NCBI GenBank assembly: GCA_964493895.1 | Contig: CAZBPY010000003.1 | Coordinates: forward strand, 102,146 to 166,145 | Reading direction: 5' to 3' | Length of the DNA stretch: 64,000 nucleotides | Origin: an uncultured Candidatus Saccharibacteria bacterium | Lineage (GTDB): Bacteria > Patescibacteriota > Saccharimonadia > Saccharimonadales > JAGQNJ01 | Shown: in pieces, positions 1-8,369 of the stretch | How positions within the stretch are numbered: the stretch's first letter is position 1 | Layout of the letters: the number at the start of each line of letters is the position of its first letter | Position numbers and translations under genes: made by a program | Notes under the pieces: generated by a model | Told to the model about the DNA's origin: nothing | The model's database searches: none | What the model saw: only the letters and a program-made list of their open reading frames with translations

Positions 1-475
1 GCCCGCCAACCAGCCGGCCACGCCCAATTATCAAAATGCGGCGGTCACGCAGCTCAACATTGTACCCGGCTAGCAGCCAATCAATGGCCATCGGCGTGGC
101 CGGCTCAAACCCCGACTCAGCCGCCAAACCATCAACATCTTTAGATGACGCCACCGCGTTCAAGACCTCATCGGTCTGTGACGGATCGGGCAAAGGAATC
201 TGCACAATAATTCCGTGAACCCTGGGATCGCCATTCAGTTTGCCGATGACCTGAAGGGCCTCGGCTTGTTCGATGGTGTGAACATCGACAGCCACCCCAA
301 TGTCGTCGCCATAGCGCTGTTTTAGGCGCATGTAACTATCGACTACTGGATCCGGATTTGTCCGAATTATGGTCAACCGCGGCTCAACCTTAAGAGACTG
401 TTTCAGCCGCCGAACATCTTTGGCTTGACGATTTTTAATATAGCCAGCCAACTCGGCCCCGTTAAGAATTTTCAT
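1..475 (-). CDS. folD: Bifunctional methylenetetrahydrofolate dehydrogenase/cyclohydrolase FolD (N-terminal part; C-terminus off window)
   Basis: Absent from ORF track because it runs off the edge. Hand translation from ATG (475-473) gives MKILNGAELAGYIKNRQAKDV...VHGIIVQIPLPDP...KDVDGL...ATPMAI...IIGRGRLVG, the FolD pattern. Confidence 0.85.
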   Translation of the reverse strand, partial: MKILNGAELAGYIKNRQAKDVRRLKQSLKVEPRLTIIRTNPDPVVDSYMRLKQRYGDDIGVAVDVHTIEQAEALQVIGKLNGDPRVHGIIVQIPLPDPSQTDEVLNAVASSKDVDGLAAESGFEPATPMAIDWLLAGYNVELRDRRILIIGRGRLVGG

Positions 476-517
476 AGCAGGGGCTATTGTACCACGAAAA
501 ACAGATTGAAATAGGTG

Positions 518-1002
518 TTAAGATTTGGCCGAAGAAGCTGGAGACGATGATCCGCCAGCCTTTTTGTTGTACTCAGCTTTGCCAAAGGCCAGAATTGCGT
601 AACCGATAACCGATACAAAAATCAGTAACACAGCAAATATCGGGTCCTTGCCAAATTTCTTAGACAGCTCGATAGCAATGAGAACGTAAAGAATCAGTGC
701 AGCTATACCGGCGAAGGCTCCCAGAACTGGAATAGCCGTACCGATGCCAACGATTCCCCACCAACCTGGCTTGCCGGCAATTTCTGCCAATACCCAGCCA
801 TTGTAATTGGAATTAAAGCCTTCCAACCTTCGACGCCGGCTTTTTCAAAAACCTTCCACAGACAAATGACGTAAAAAATTAACAGCGGAATCAACACCAC
901 CATCATGGCCGCCATTGTTGCCAGCACGGCTGCTACCACCCCCTCGTCACTGGTTGATGTTGTTGTGTACGTGTATGTGGTCTGGGCTAATAAGTCCAAC
1001 AT
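518..1002 (-). pseudogene. Small membrane protein, DUF5684-like, split into two frames (ORFs 703-1002 and 518-826)
   Basis: The upstream ORF ends in LWKVFEKAGVEGWKALIPI. The downstream frame continues YNGWVLAEIAGKPGWWGIVG. Together they read as one conserved motif. The frames switch at ccaattacaat (about 800-810), consistent with a 1-nt indel. Confidence 0.6.
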
Positions 1003-1225
1003 ACTCCCTCCTTTGGTTAAGTGTTAGATCTAGTATACTCTTTAATTTTAAGCAAAAGCAATGGCTGGCTTGATTATTCATGCCCTCGGCCGCCGCGCAT
1101 CGAACAAGCAAAGTAAACCTTCATTTGTATACTAACCTCATGAAAAAGCCCCTTTAGTTCATAGAGGCTAGTGCATCATCTTGAACTAAAGACTATATTG
1201 GAGACAATCTATGAAGCTGTGCTAA

Positions 1226-1759
1226 CTAAATTAATTCGTATAGGCGAGACTTCGCAAATATGGGAAGCCGTTTCTTATAAACCATTCTAGAAACCTTTAG
1301 GCTCAATAATTTAGGCAGTTGCTCGAGGAGCTCCTTGATATCCTCTAGGTGTTTTAGTTGCTTGTGGTTCAAGCATGACTGCCAGCGCTCAATGGATATG
1401 AAGTCTAGCTTGTCAGCATCGCGAATAATATTGCCCTCGATCGTTGACGGCTTCATGCTCCATTTGTGAAAAACAATCGCATCGTATGCTCTCTGGCTTA
1501 TGATACTGCCAGAGCCTCTTTTTAGTAAGTCTTGCTTAAGCATGTTTGCGCTTATTTCTTCATGGCCTTCATCGCTAACTATTCTGCCAACATCATGCCA
1601 CCAAGCGCAAAGACGCAAGAATTCAATATTTTTATAGCTCAGTTCTTTTCCAATCAATGCGGCGTTCTCTGCTACACGCTGAGCATGCCCTATATCATGT
1701 GCGATATCATTAGTTTTTGATAACAGCCTTTTTGCCTCCTCAATAGATTCTTCAAACAC
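1226..1759 (-). CDS. HD-domain phosphohydrolase
   Basis: Contains HDIGH..., WWHDVGR and DADKLD motifs. GTG start. Confidence 0.7.
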   Translation of the reverse strand: MFEESIEEAKRLLSKTNDIAHDIGHAQRVAENAALIGKELSYKNIEFLRLCAWWHDVGRIVSDEGHEEISANMLKQDLLKRGSGSIISQRAYDAIVFHKWSMKPSTIEGNIIRDADKLDFISIERWQSCLNHKQLKHLEDIKELLEQLPKLLSLKVSRMVYKKRLPIFAKSRLYELI

Positions 1760-1910
1760 CCCATTATAATAACAAGGTTGAGGCTTTTATCCTTGTTTGG
1801 TGCAGTAGGGACACCAGAATTTGACTCGTTGGCATTTGAACGACTAATCGAATTCTGGAGGGTCGTAGTAGGTGCAATCTCTACTGAAATAGTAAACGAT
1901 AAGCCGTTTA

Positions 1911-2513
1911 TTACTTTGATTCGAGTTTACGAGTTGCCTCTAGCCAGTCTGGAGTCGGAATAAAGCGTATTTCTGGCCAACTGTCTATTTCTTCCTCAGT
2001 TACATCATAGATTGCCTGATATGCCGTTTCTACACTGCCATGTAACGCTGCTCCATAATCTAAATCAAGTACGTTAGCGGTTTCACGTAAAGCACTTTCA
2101 TCTTTTGCTTCGATCTCTACAAAGCTGGGTATCCAGGGCCATGTATCAAGCTCAATCTCTGTACTGCCAAGTTTCCAACTTTCGCGTTTGGTTTCCTGAA
2201 AAGAGTTCTGTTTCAGCCCAATGGATTTCAGAAGGGTGCGGGTAGCATTAAAGTCATCAACAACAACGGTCACCTCTTTGGTTCCGTGTAGCGTCCTGTC
2301 GTCGAGTTGTTTGTAGCTTAGGGTAATTTTGTCACCCTCATCTCTGACCCTAATCCAACCGCCAATTTTTTCTAGTCGTTTATCTTCATAGTCAAATACT
2401 GAACGAACCATAAGCCGCTCGGGGACAACAAGAACTGCTCCTGCTGAGGTAAGCTTTTTTCTCATCTCAGCGATATTAATATCTAGCCACTTAGCCTCTA
2501 TTTCTGTTTGCAT
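1911..2513 (-). CDS. CYTH-domain protein (class IV adenylyl cyclase / triphosphatase fold)
   Basis: Starts MQTEIEAKWL (the ExExK motif typical of CYTH). Start moved to ATG 2513 because the longer ORF overlaps the divergent neighbour. Confidence 0.65.
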   Translation of the reverse strand: MQTEIEAKWLDINIAEMRKKLTSAGAVLVVPERLMVRSVFDYEDKRLEKIGGWIRVRDEGDKITLSYKQLDDRTLHGTKEVTVVVDDFNATRTLLKSIGLKQNSFQETKRESWKLGSTEIELDTWPWIPSFVEIEAKDESALRETANVLDLDYGAALHGSVETAYQAIYDVTEEEIDSWPEIRFIPTPDWLEATRKLESK

Positions 2514-2628
2514 GGCTACAGTATAACAAAACACCTCTGACAAAACAGAGGTATGGAAAATGCTTATGCTTGGAGGAGCAAGGTGCAAACTATTGCAACT
2601 ATTTTACAGCGTAGCCATAATAAGATTT

Positions 2629-3039
2629 ATGTATGTAGTACCAGTTAAGATAGCAAAGTCAGAGATTGACGGTCATGGAGTTTTTGAAGAAGTGAACATA
2701 GCCAAAGGCACGGTCGTGTGGAAACACAAAGATGGTTATGATTTAACATTGACCACTGAGGAATATGAGTCGTCATCTGCTGAAAGGAAAAGTGAGTTAG
2801 AGAAGACGGCTTATCTATCGCCTTGGTCCGGATTATGGGTATTCCCTACTGGAAATGACCCTGCACAATATACAAATCATAGCCCGAATAATAATTTGTC
2901 CGTGGTTTATGATGAAAGCATTTCTTCCGAACCCTACTGTATTGCAAATAAAGACATTGAAGCCGGTGAAGAGCTTACTAACAATTATCACGAGTTTGAT
3001 AAACTCACGCAGCAAACAAAGCCCCTATGGGCAAAATAA
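2629..3039 (+). CDS. SET-domain protein (putative protein-lysine methyltransferase)
   Basis: Contains SEIDGHGVF, NHSPNNN (the NHS motif) and ELTNNY. Start set at ATG 2629 (MYVVPVKIAK). Confidence 0.65.
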   Translation: MYVVPVKIAKSEIDGHGVFEEVNIAKGTVVWKHKDGYDLTLTTEEYESSSAERKSELEKTAYLSPWSGLWVFPTGNDPAQYTNHSPNNNLSVVYDESISSEPYCIANKDIEAGEELTNNYHEFDKLTQQTKPLWAK

Positions 3040-3119
3040 AAACACCGTAACATTTTAGTTACAGTGTTCCTACTAGGTTCATCCGTGGAGGGCTGTAGTA
3101 GATGCAATCGCAGCTAAGC

Positions 3120-3509
3120 TTAAAGAGAATCGACAAATGTATCTGTGTCTGGGTATACAGTAATCGCTGGATGACTATAGAACAATTGAGATTCATCAGG
3201 CTCACCGATTAGGCAGATTCTTCCTAGGTTCGCTCCAAGTGCAATACCGAGCTCTATATGTGCCCCTGTGCTTTTACGGTCACTGAGTAAGAGAGCATAC
3301 ACGCTAGCGGATGTTACTCCGTTTGTATCCTCGACGGCATATTGCTGCTTTAGAGCTTCACGCTCTTCCTCTGTTTCTAAGGATGCAATCTCTTTATGAG
3401 TTGTCCAGTCGGCGGTAATCGTGTGACCAGCTTCTCGCAGTTTTTTGTGCAAAGCTCTCACTTCATCTCGTTGTTCGAAACTTGCGGCTACATAAATTCT
3501 TTCAGTCAT
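3120..3509 (-). CDS. Nucleoside 2-deoxyribosyltransferase-like protein
   Basis: Has IYVAASF at the N-terminus and STGAHIELGIALG, resembling the NDT-family core. Weak call made by eye. Confidence 0.4.
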   Translation of the reverse strand: MTERIYVAASFEQRDEVRALHKKLREAGHTITADWTTHKEIASLETEEEREALKQQYAVEDTNGVTSASVYALLLSDRKSTGAHIELGIALGANLGRICLIGEPDESQLFYSHPAITVYPDTDTFVDSL

Positions 3510-3555
3510 GGTCCTCTTCCTCTTTTCAGGCTTTATAGTAACCTATTGATGAACA

Positions 3556-3584
3556 AGAAAAAACTCCTCTGCTTAAGAGGAGTT
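3556..3584 (-). terminator. Rho-independent terminator ending the structured RNA
   Basis: 9-bp stem aactcctct/agaggagtt with a 5-nt loop, followed on the minus strand by TTTTTT. Confidence 0.75.
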
Positions 3585-3600
3585 TTAAGCCTAAGCGTTA

Positions 3601-3903
3601 TGGAGAGACTAGGCCTTACTGGCAAACCAAAATTAGGTTTGCCAACGTAACCCCTTTCGGGGCGGTGGGTGGGGAATGTCCACTGGACATTCCCGTTCAA
3701 GTCCCAAGACTGCCAAACAAAATACCCCGCACATGGGGGCACTTTATTTGGAGGACCAGGAGGGACTAGGTCACCTTTGGCGACCCCCGAACTTCTGCCT
3801 TGCAAGCATAGCTTGCAGATGAAGATTCGTTTCCGGAATGCCACTGGCATTCCTCACCCTCGACATTCTTTTGATATGTCGAGGATATGAACCCAGTTCT
3901 CCA
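3601..3903 (-). ncRNA. Structured ncRNA, class not assigned
   Basis: The ends pair (tggaga 3601-3606 with tctcca 3898-3903). The helix extends by G-U pairs that work only on the minus-strand transcript. At least 7 internal hairpins. Terminator just downstream. ORFs here look non-coding. Confidence 0.6.
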
Positions 3904-3904
3904 C

Positions 3905-3929
3905 GAAAAAATCCCACGCAAGGTGGGAT
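3905..3929 (-). terminator. Hairpin plus T-run after tRNA-Lys (terminator or processing hairpin)
   Basis: atcccac/gtgggat stem followed on the minus strand by TTTTTT. It abuts the 5' end of the ncRNA. Confidence 0.55.
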
Positions 3930-3936
3930 TCATTCG

Positions 3937-4013
3937 TGGAGGGCCATCTGGGACTCGAACCCAGGACACCCTGCTTAAGAGGCAGGTGCTCTAACCAGCT
4001 GAGCTAATGGCCC
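3937..4013 (-). tRNA. tRNA-Lys(CTT), CCA encoded
   Basis: Cloverleaf folded by hand. Acceptor gggccat/atggccc, anticodon loop ctCTTaa, T-loop ggttcgagtcc. Confidence 0.9.
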
Positions 4014-4077
4014 GTACTCCAACAGGGGGCTATTTTAACAGAGATGGCCACTGATGTAAATTAGTCCAACCCGGATA

Positions 4078-4560
4078 CTACGACGAACCTTTTCGCGTCC
4101 AGACCTGGAATGTGTAAGTGATACCGTTTTCAGTTATTGGCTGGCTTTCTGACTTCAGTTCAAATTTATCTTTGAACTTGGGGAAAAATTTAGTGCAGTT
4201 AAAGCTCCGCTGCAGCTGGGTCAAATATAATTCGTCGGCTAGGTCAATGGTGCTGGTAAACAATGCGGCTCCGCCTAGATTCCAAACATCACCGGATTGC
4301 TCCTGCAGGAACTGGCGAGCATCGAGAACCAGCTCAAAACCGTCGCGCAGCTCAACTGGTTCAAGATTTGCCACATAATTTACGCCGCCGGGATATGGCT
4401 TGCTAAGCTCCTTGTAGACGCCATACCCCATCAATAATGCGCCGGTACTGATTTTCTTGTGGTAATATTCTACATCACCTGGAATCTTACCTTGCCACGG
4501 AATACCGTGATCATCAGCTACCCCGCCGTCTTTATCAATTGCCGCAATCATCCGAATCAC
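4078..4560 (-). CDS. folA: Dihydrofolate reductase
   Basis: MIAAIDKDGG..HGIPW pattern. AGGAGG lies 6 nt upstream of GTG 4560. Confidence 0.85.
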   Translation of the reverse strand: MIRMIAAIDKDGGVADDHGIPWQGKIPGDVEYYHKKISTGALLMGYGVYKELSKPYPGGVNYVANLEPVELRDGFELVLDARQFLQEQSGDVWNLGGAALFTSTIDLADELYLTQLQRSFNCTKFFPKFKDKFELKSESQPITENGITYTFQVWTRKGSS

Positions 4561-5109
4561 TTAGCGCCTCCTGTGTGAGATTAATACAAAACTGGTTGTC
4601 AATAATATTAGGCCAGTCAGCCAACCAATTAATATTGTCTTCTTGAGCCGACCCAAATGGTAATCAGCCACTTGTCGTTTTTGGCCGATAACTACGATGC
4701 CTTTATCCGGTCCCATAGATGCGGCTACAGCGGCTACGTTAACACCCTCTTTTGGCTGCCACGAGAAATAGTCACGGCTAAACGCCATAGTGTTATCGAA
4801 AACATTTTCCGGAAGGGTTGGCGTTTGATCATCAATAACTGCCGACGAACTGATCAGATTTTTGTCCTGGTCGTAGTATGAAACAAAGGGATTGTGAGCA
4901 ATCTCCAAATTAACTTTGGTGGCCGGAGCTTCGGGCTGCTCGCCGGCCTCTATCTCAAAAGCACCTTGCCAAGCCTTGTTGACTGCTTCATGAGCTAGTG
5001 GGGCATACAGACTATGATCAAGGTTTATTTGGCTAACTTTGTAGACTACACCGAATATAAGAGTCAGTACCAGCACCGAAAACAGCCAGTGAACGCCATA
5101 CTTCTTCAC
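4561..5109 (-). CDS. Hypothetical membrane protein (N- and C-terminal TM helices)
   Basis: Long ORF with hydrophobic N-terminal and C-terminal segments. No recognisable motif. Confidence 0.5.
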   Translation of the reverse strand: MKKYGVHWLFSVLVLTLIFGVVYKVSQINLDHSLYAPLAHEAVNKAWQGAFEIEAGEQPEAPATKVNLEIAHNPFVSYYDQDKNLISSSAVIDDQTPTLPENVFDNTMAFSRDYFSWQPKEGVNVAAVAASMGPDKGIVVIGQKRQVADYHLGRLKKTILIGWLTGLILLTTSFVLISHRRR

Positions 5110-5204
5110 TTACCTAGTATAGCATTTGAATGTCACTCAATGGGATTGGTACAGCTTAGTTAACGAAGTCCAAACTGTTATTAGCAGGCTAGAGCCTGAT
5201 TACG

Positions 5205-6511
5205 CTATGTAGCTTTAGCTTCTGCCCATTCACCTACGCTATCAAGAACGGCTTGGTCTGGGCTAGTTGCTAACACAAGTGGTTGCGTATCGGTCAATCC
5301 TTTGTGCAGTTTTCTCAAAGTATCTAACGAGATAGTTTTCGCAAAATCTTCAACCTCGTCAAGAGCAACTTCATCTCTCTTAGAAAAAGTCAGAATGTCC
5401 CTAACCCTATCAGCAATTTGTGAAGGGTTACTTTGCATTACGTGGTCAACATCACGATGTAATGCGATTAGCACAGAATCAAAGACATTTTCTGGCAAAG
5501 GCCTATGCAAAACATCAGTGCGCAAAGTTTCAAGTCCCATAACTACGTCTTCGCCATTAAGGTTAGCTGTTGCAGTAAAATGTGACCAGTTTCTGTCACG
5601 CCCAAAGTTAGAATCAGACAGTCTAGCTATACTTGCATTTGCGCCATAGCAAAGTGCCAGTTCTCTACGTAAGCGATTATGTGCAGCTTTGGAAAGTATC
5701 ATACTGACAAGGTTGTAGCTAAGTTGTTCACGTGGCGATGAAGTTTCAGGTACGCCATAGCTAATACTTACAGAACTTTGGGCTGTTAGCGGTAAATCGA
5801 CTCGCTGTAACGAAGCGGTTAAATTGTCTGGGTTAAAGTCTTCAAACTCTACAAAAGCTGGCCGGTGTTCACCTTGCCCGCTGTATCCAGCCATTAAAGT
5901 TTCAGCAAACTCACGCTGTCTTTCAACTGGTTCAGAAGAGCATAAAACCAGAACTGCATTTCCAAGTCTATAGTGGCGTTCGTGAAAACCCCTCAATGCT
6001 TCTGGAGTCATACGCTGAACGTCTTCAATAGTCCCGCCTATTGGACGTGCATATAGTTCGCCTCTAGTTGCCTTAGCGTGAGCAAGTCTTATATAAAGTA
6101 CGGGTCCGAAGCATACCCTCTTAGTTCATCAACAATGGGCTTGCGCTCACCTTCAAGAGCTTCGGTTGTTAGAGCAGGCCTAAGAGCAAGCTGACTTACA
6201 AAAAATCCTACCGATTCAAGCTCGTAACCGTCTGCGATATAAGTTGTAAACATTTGGTTGGTAAAAGCATTTTGGGCTAATCCTTTTTCTTCTGCATAAC
6301 GGTGAACATCTGCCTCATCAGGCATAGCTTCCGTACCTTGAAATGTTACGTGTTCAAGGAAGTGTGCCGCTCCGTATGCGTCTGGTGTTTCATGTACCGA
6401 GCCAGCACCAACGGTAAGTCTTGCTGAATGAGTGCGAAAATGGGACAAGTTAACAAAAGCAGCTCTCAAGCCACTATCCAGCTGTTCAACCTGTATGCTT
6501 TCTACCGACAT
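5205..6511 (-). pseudogene. M16 (pitrilysin/insulinase) family zinc peptidase, interrupted by a frameshift
   Basis: The N-terminal ORF (6089-6511) has HFLEHVTFQGT (HxxEH) and ends DPYFI*. The C-terminal frame is open upstream of its first Met as YIRLAHAKATRGELYARPIGGT. The frames switch in tactttatataag at about 6085-6097. Confidence 0.65.
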
Positions 6512-6595
6512 TAGCTAGATTATATAATTTAACGGCTATTTTCGCAATACACCAATAGGATTCATACTCACCTCAAGACGTTAAATTATGTCCAA

Positions 6596-6627
6596 CAAAA
6601 AAGAGATCGAAATGTGCTTCAATCTCT
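6596..6627 (-). terminator. Terminator after tRNA-Arg(TCG)
   Basis: agagat/atctct stem followed on the minus strand by TTTTTT. Confidence 0.55.
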
Positions 6628-6643
6628 ATCTGTAATTTCACTC

Positions 6644-6720
6644 TGGTACCCGCGGCAGGATTCGAACCTGCGACACCTGGTTCCGAAGACCAGTGCTCTA
6701 ATCCACTGAGCTACGCGGGC
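6644..6720 (-). tRNA. tRNA-Arg(TCG), CCA encoded
   Basis: Acceptor gcccgcg, anticodon loop ctTCGga, T-loop ggttcgaatcc. Confidence 0.9.
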
Positions 6721-6749
6721 AAACTTCAGGTGGTAATTATACCAGATTG

Positions 6750-7280
6750 TTAGCCGTCTTTTGGCTTATCCAGCTGTTTTGGTGCCTGGCCAGTTTTCTC
6801 CAGCATTTCAGTCAGAAGCTTTTGGACTCGCTTGGCGTGATCAAAGCTCATGCCAATCCGACTGATGGTGGCCGGCTGAGAATTATTAGCGTTTTGTAAG
6901 AAATCAAAAACTACACCGTTGGGTGTGGCTGAAATGTTAACTGAATCGGAATATAGAATACGGTTGTCGAACGGGATGACCATAAGGGTTTGTTTAATAA
7001 TCTGTTCATCCATTGCCGATAGGCCTGATCCAACCGTCTGACTGCGAGCATAATTGGCCTGTTCCAAAACTGATCGGGCGTCTTTTTCCTCGACATCAAG
7101 GTGGCTAATCAATAACAGTAAGATGTCTTCGCTAGGCAATAGCTGGCCGCGTTCAATCTGTTTTAGCTGCTCGGGTTCGATTTCGACCGCTCCGGAAACC
7201 TCGGCCAGGCTTTCGTGTGCCCGTTGCCGCCATTTTCGAAGGTGTTCCCCAATGTTTTTATACGGATAATTCTCGCCCAT
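6750..7280 (-). CDS. XRE-family HTH protein with DUF3467-like C-terminal domain
   Basis: IGEHLRKWRQRAHESLAEVSGAVEIEPEQLKQIERG is an HTH_3 pattern. Start set at ATG 7280, because the longer ORF would run over the murB start. Confidence 0.6.
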   Translation of the reverse strand: MGENYPYKNIGEHLRKWRQRAHESLAEVSGAVEIEPEQLKQIERGQLLPSEDILLLLISHLDVEEKDARSVLEQANYARSQTVGSGLSAMDEQIIKQTLMVIPFDNRILYSDSVNISATPNGVVFDFLQNANNSQPATISRIGMSFDHAKRVQKLLTEMLEKTGQAPKQLDKPKDG

Positions 7281-7328
7281 GTACCCCCATGTTATCGAGG
7301 CTGACAGCAGGATGCAAGTATAAGCATG

Positions 7329-7334
7329 TATACT
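7329..7334 (+). promoter_or_regulatory. -10 box TATACT, 7 nt before the murB ATG (leaderless-type)
   Basis: Read directly from the sequence. No SD between the box and the ATG. Confidence 0.45.
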
Positions 7335-7341
7335 AAGGGCA

Positions 7342-8367
7342 ATGCAGATTACAGAGAACGAGCCGTTAGCTAAGTACTCCACTATGCGCCTCGGTGGCCA
7401 AGCGCGCTTTTTTGCCCGGGCCAAATCAAAAGGCGACATCAAATCGGCTTGGGAGTGGGCAAAAAAGCGCGGCCTGCCGATGATAGTCATCGGCGACGGC
7501 AGCAACATTGTCTGGCGCGATGAAGGCTATCACGGACTGGTCGTCGTCAACGAAGTTAAGGGATTTGATCTGGATAAACAACCGGACGGTTCGGCCCTGG
7601 TAACAATCGGAGCCGGCGAGGAATGGGATAAAGTTGTCGATCGCACTGTACGAGCCGGCTATAGCGGCATCGAACAACTGTCACTAATTCCCGGCAAAAC
7701 CGGTGCTACCCCTGTTCAAAACGTCGGCGCCTACGGCCGCGAGATCAAGGATGTCTTAGTTTCTGTGGAAGCCTTTGACAGCCATGGTGAGAAATTTGTG
7801 ACTGTGCCCAATTCCGATTGCGGCTTTCGTTACCGTGACAGCCGCTTTAAAAGCGAAGACCATGGCCGATTTTTCATCACTTCAATAACCCTGCACCTAA
7901 TCGATGCTCCGCCCGAACCACCCTTCTACCACTCTGTTAAGGACTATCTGGAACAGCACAAGATCACCCAACCGACTGCCGCTGATGTCCGTCAAGCTGT
8001 TATTACAGTCCGCACCAAGAAGCTGCCCGATCCTGATGTTGTTGCTAACAACGGTTCGTTTTTTGCTAATCCAATTGTCAACCACAAAGTTTTTGCTACC
8101 CTAAAACATCACTATCCCGACATTGTGTCCTGGCCAGTCGAGCACGAGCAGGTTAAAATTTCAGCCGCTTGGCTGATTGAAAAGGCCGGTTTCAAGGATT
8201 TCCATGACCGTCACACCGGCATGGCCACTTGGGATAAGCAGCCTCTGGTTTTGATCAACGAATCGGCCAGTTCAACGGCTGACGCCTTGGCTTTTCGAGA
8301 CAAAATCATCCATGCCGTCGAGAATCGTTTCGGCATCACCCTAAAACAAGAGCCCGAGCTAATTTAA
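7342..8367 (+). CDS. murB: UDP-N-acetylenolpyruvoylglucosamine reductase
   Basis: N-terminus LAKYSTMRLGGQARFF and overall MurB pattern. Confidence 0.9.
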   Translation: MQITENEPLAKYSTMRLGGQARFFARAKSKGDIKSAWEWAKKRGLPMIVIGDGSNIVWRDEGYHGLVVVNEVKGFDLDKQPDGSALVTIGAGEEWDKVVDRTVRAGYSGIEQLSLIPGKTGATPVQNVGAYGREIKDVLVSVEAFDSHGEKFVTVPNSDCGFRYRDSRFKSEDHGRFFITSITLHLIDAPPEPPFYHSVKDYLEQHKITQPTAADVRQAVITVRTKKLPDPDVVANNGSFFANPIVNHKVFATLKHHYPDIVSWPVEHEQVKISAAWLIEKAGFKDFHDRHTGMATWDKQPLVLINESASSTADALAFRDKIIHAVENRFGITLKQEPELI

Positions 8368-8369
8368 AG

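Noticed and set aside
36-218. 60-aa plus-strand ORF at the window start
   Set aside because: It is antisense to the clearly recognisable folD reading frame.
3601-3903. Assigning the structured RNA to RNase P RNA or tmRNA
   Set aside because: I could not find the GAGGAAAGUCC / ACAGAA P4 strands; only GAGGAAUGCC occurs, and it sits inside a local hairpin. There is no GGUUCGA T-arm, no G3-U70 acceptor, and no tag ORF ending in an Ala-rich peptide plus stop. The GCCACUG strings occur only on the plus strand, with no downstream gene, so a cobalamin riboswitch is also unlikely.
3533-3969. Track ORFs 3533-3850 (-), 3669-3890 (+) and 3766-3969 (-) in the tRNA-Lys/NDT-like intergenic region
   Set aside because: They overlap each other and the tRNA. 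They have odd composition (Cys/Arg/Pro-rich) and no SD or motif. The region is better explained by stable RNA hairpins.
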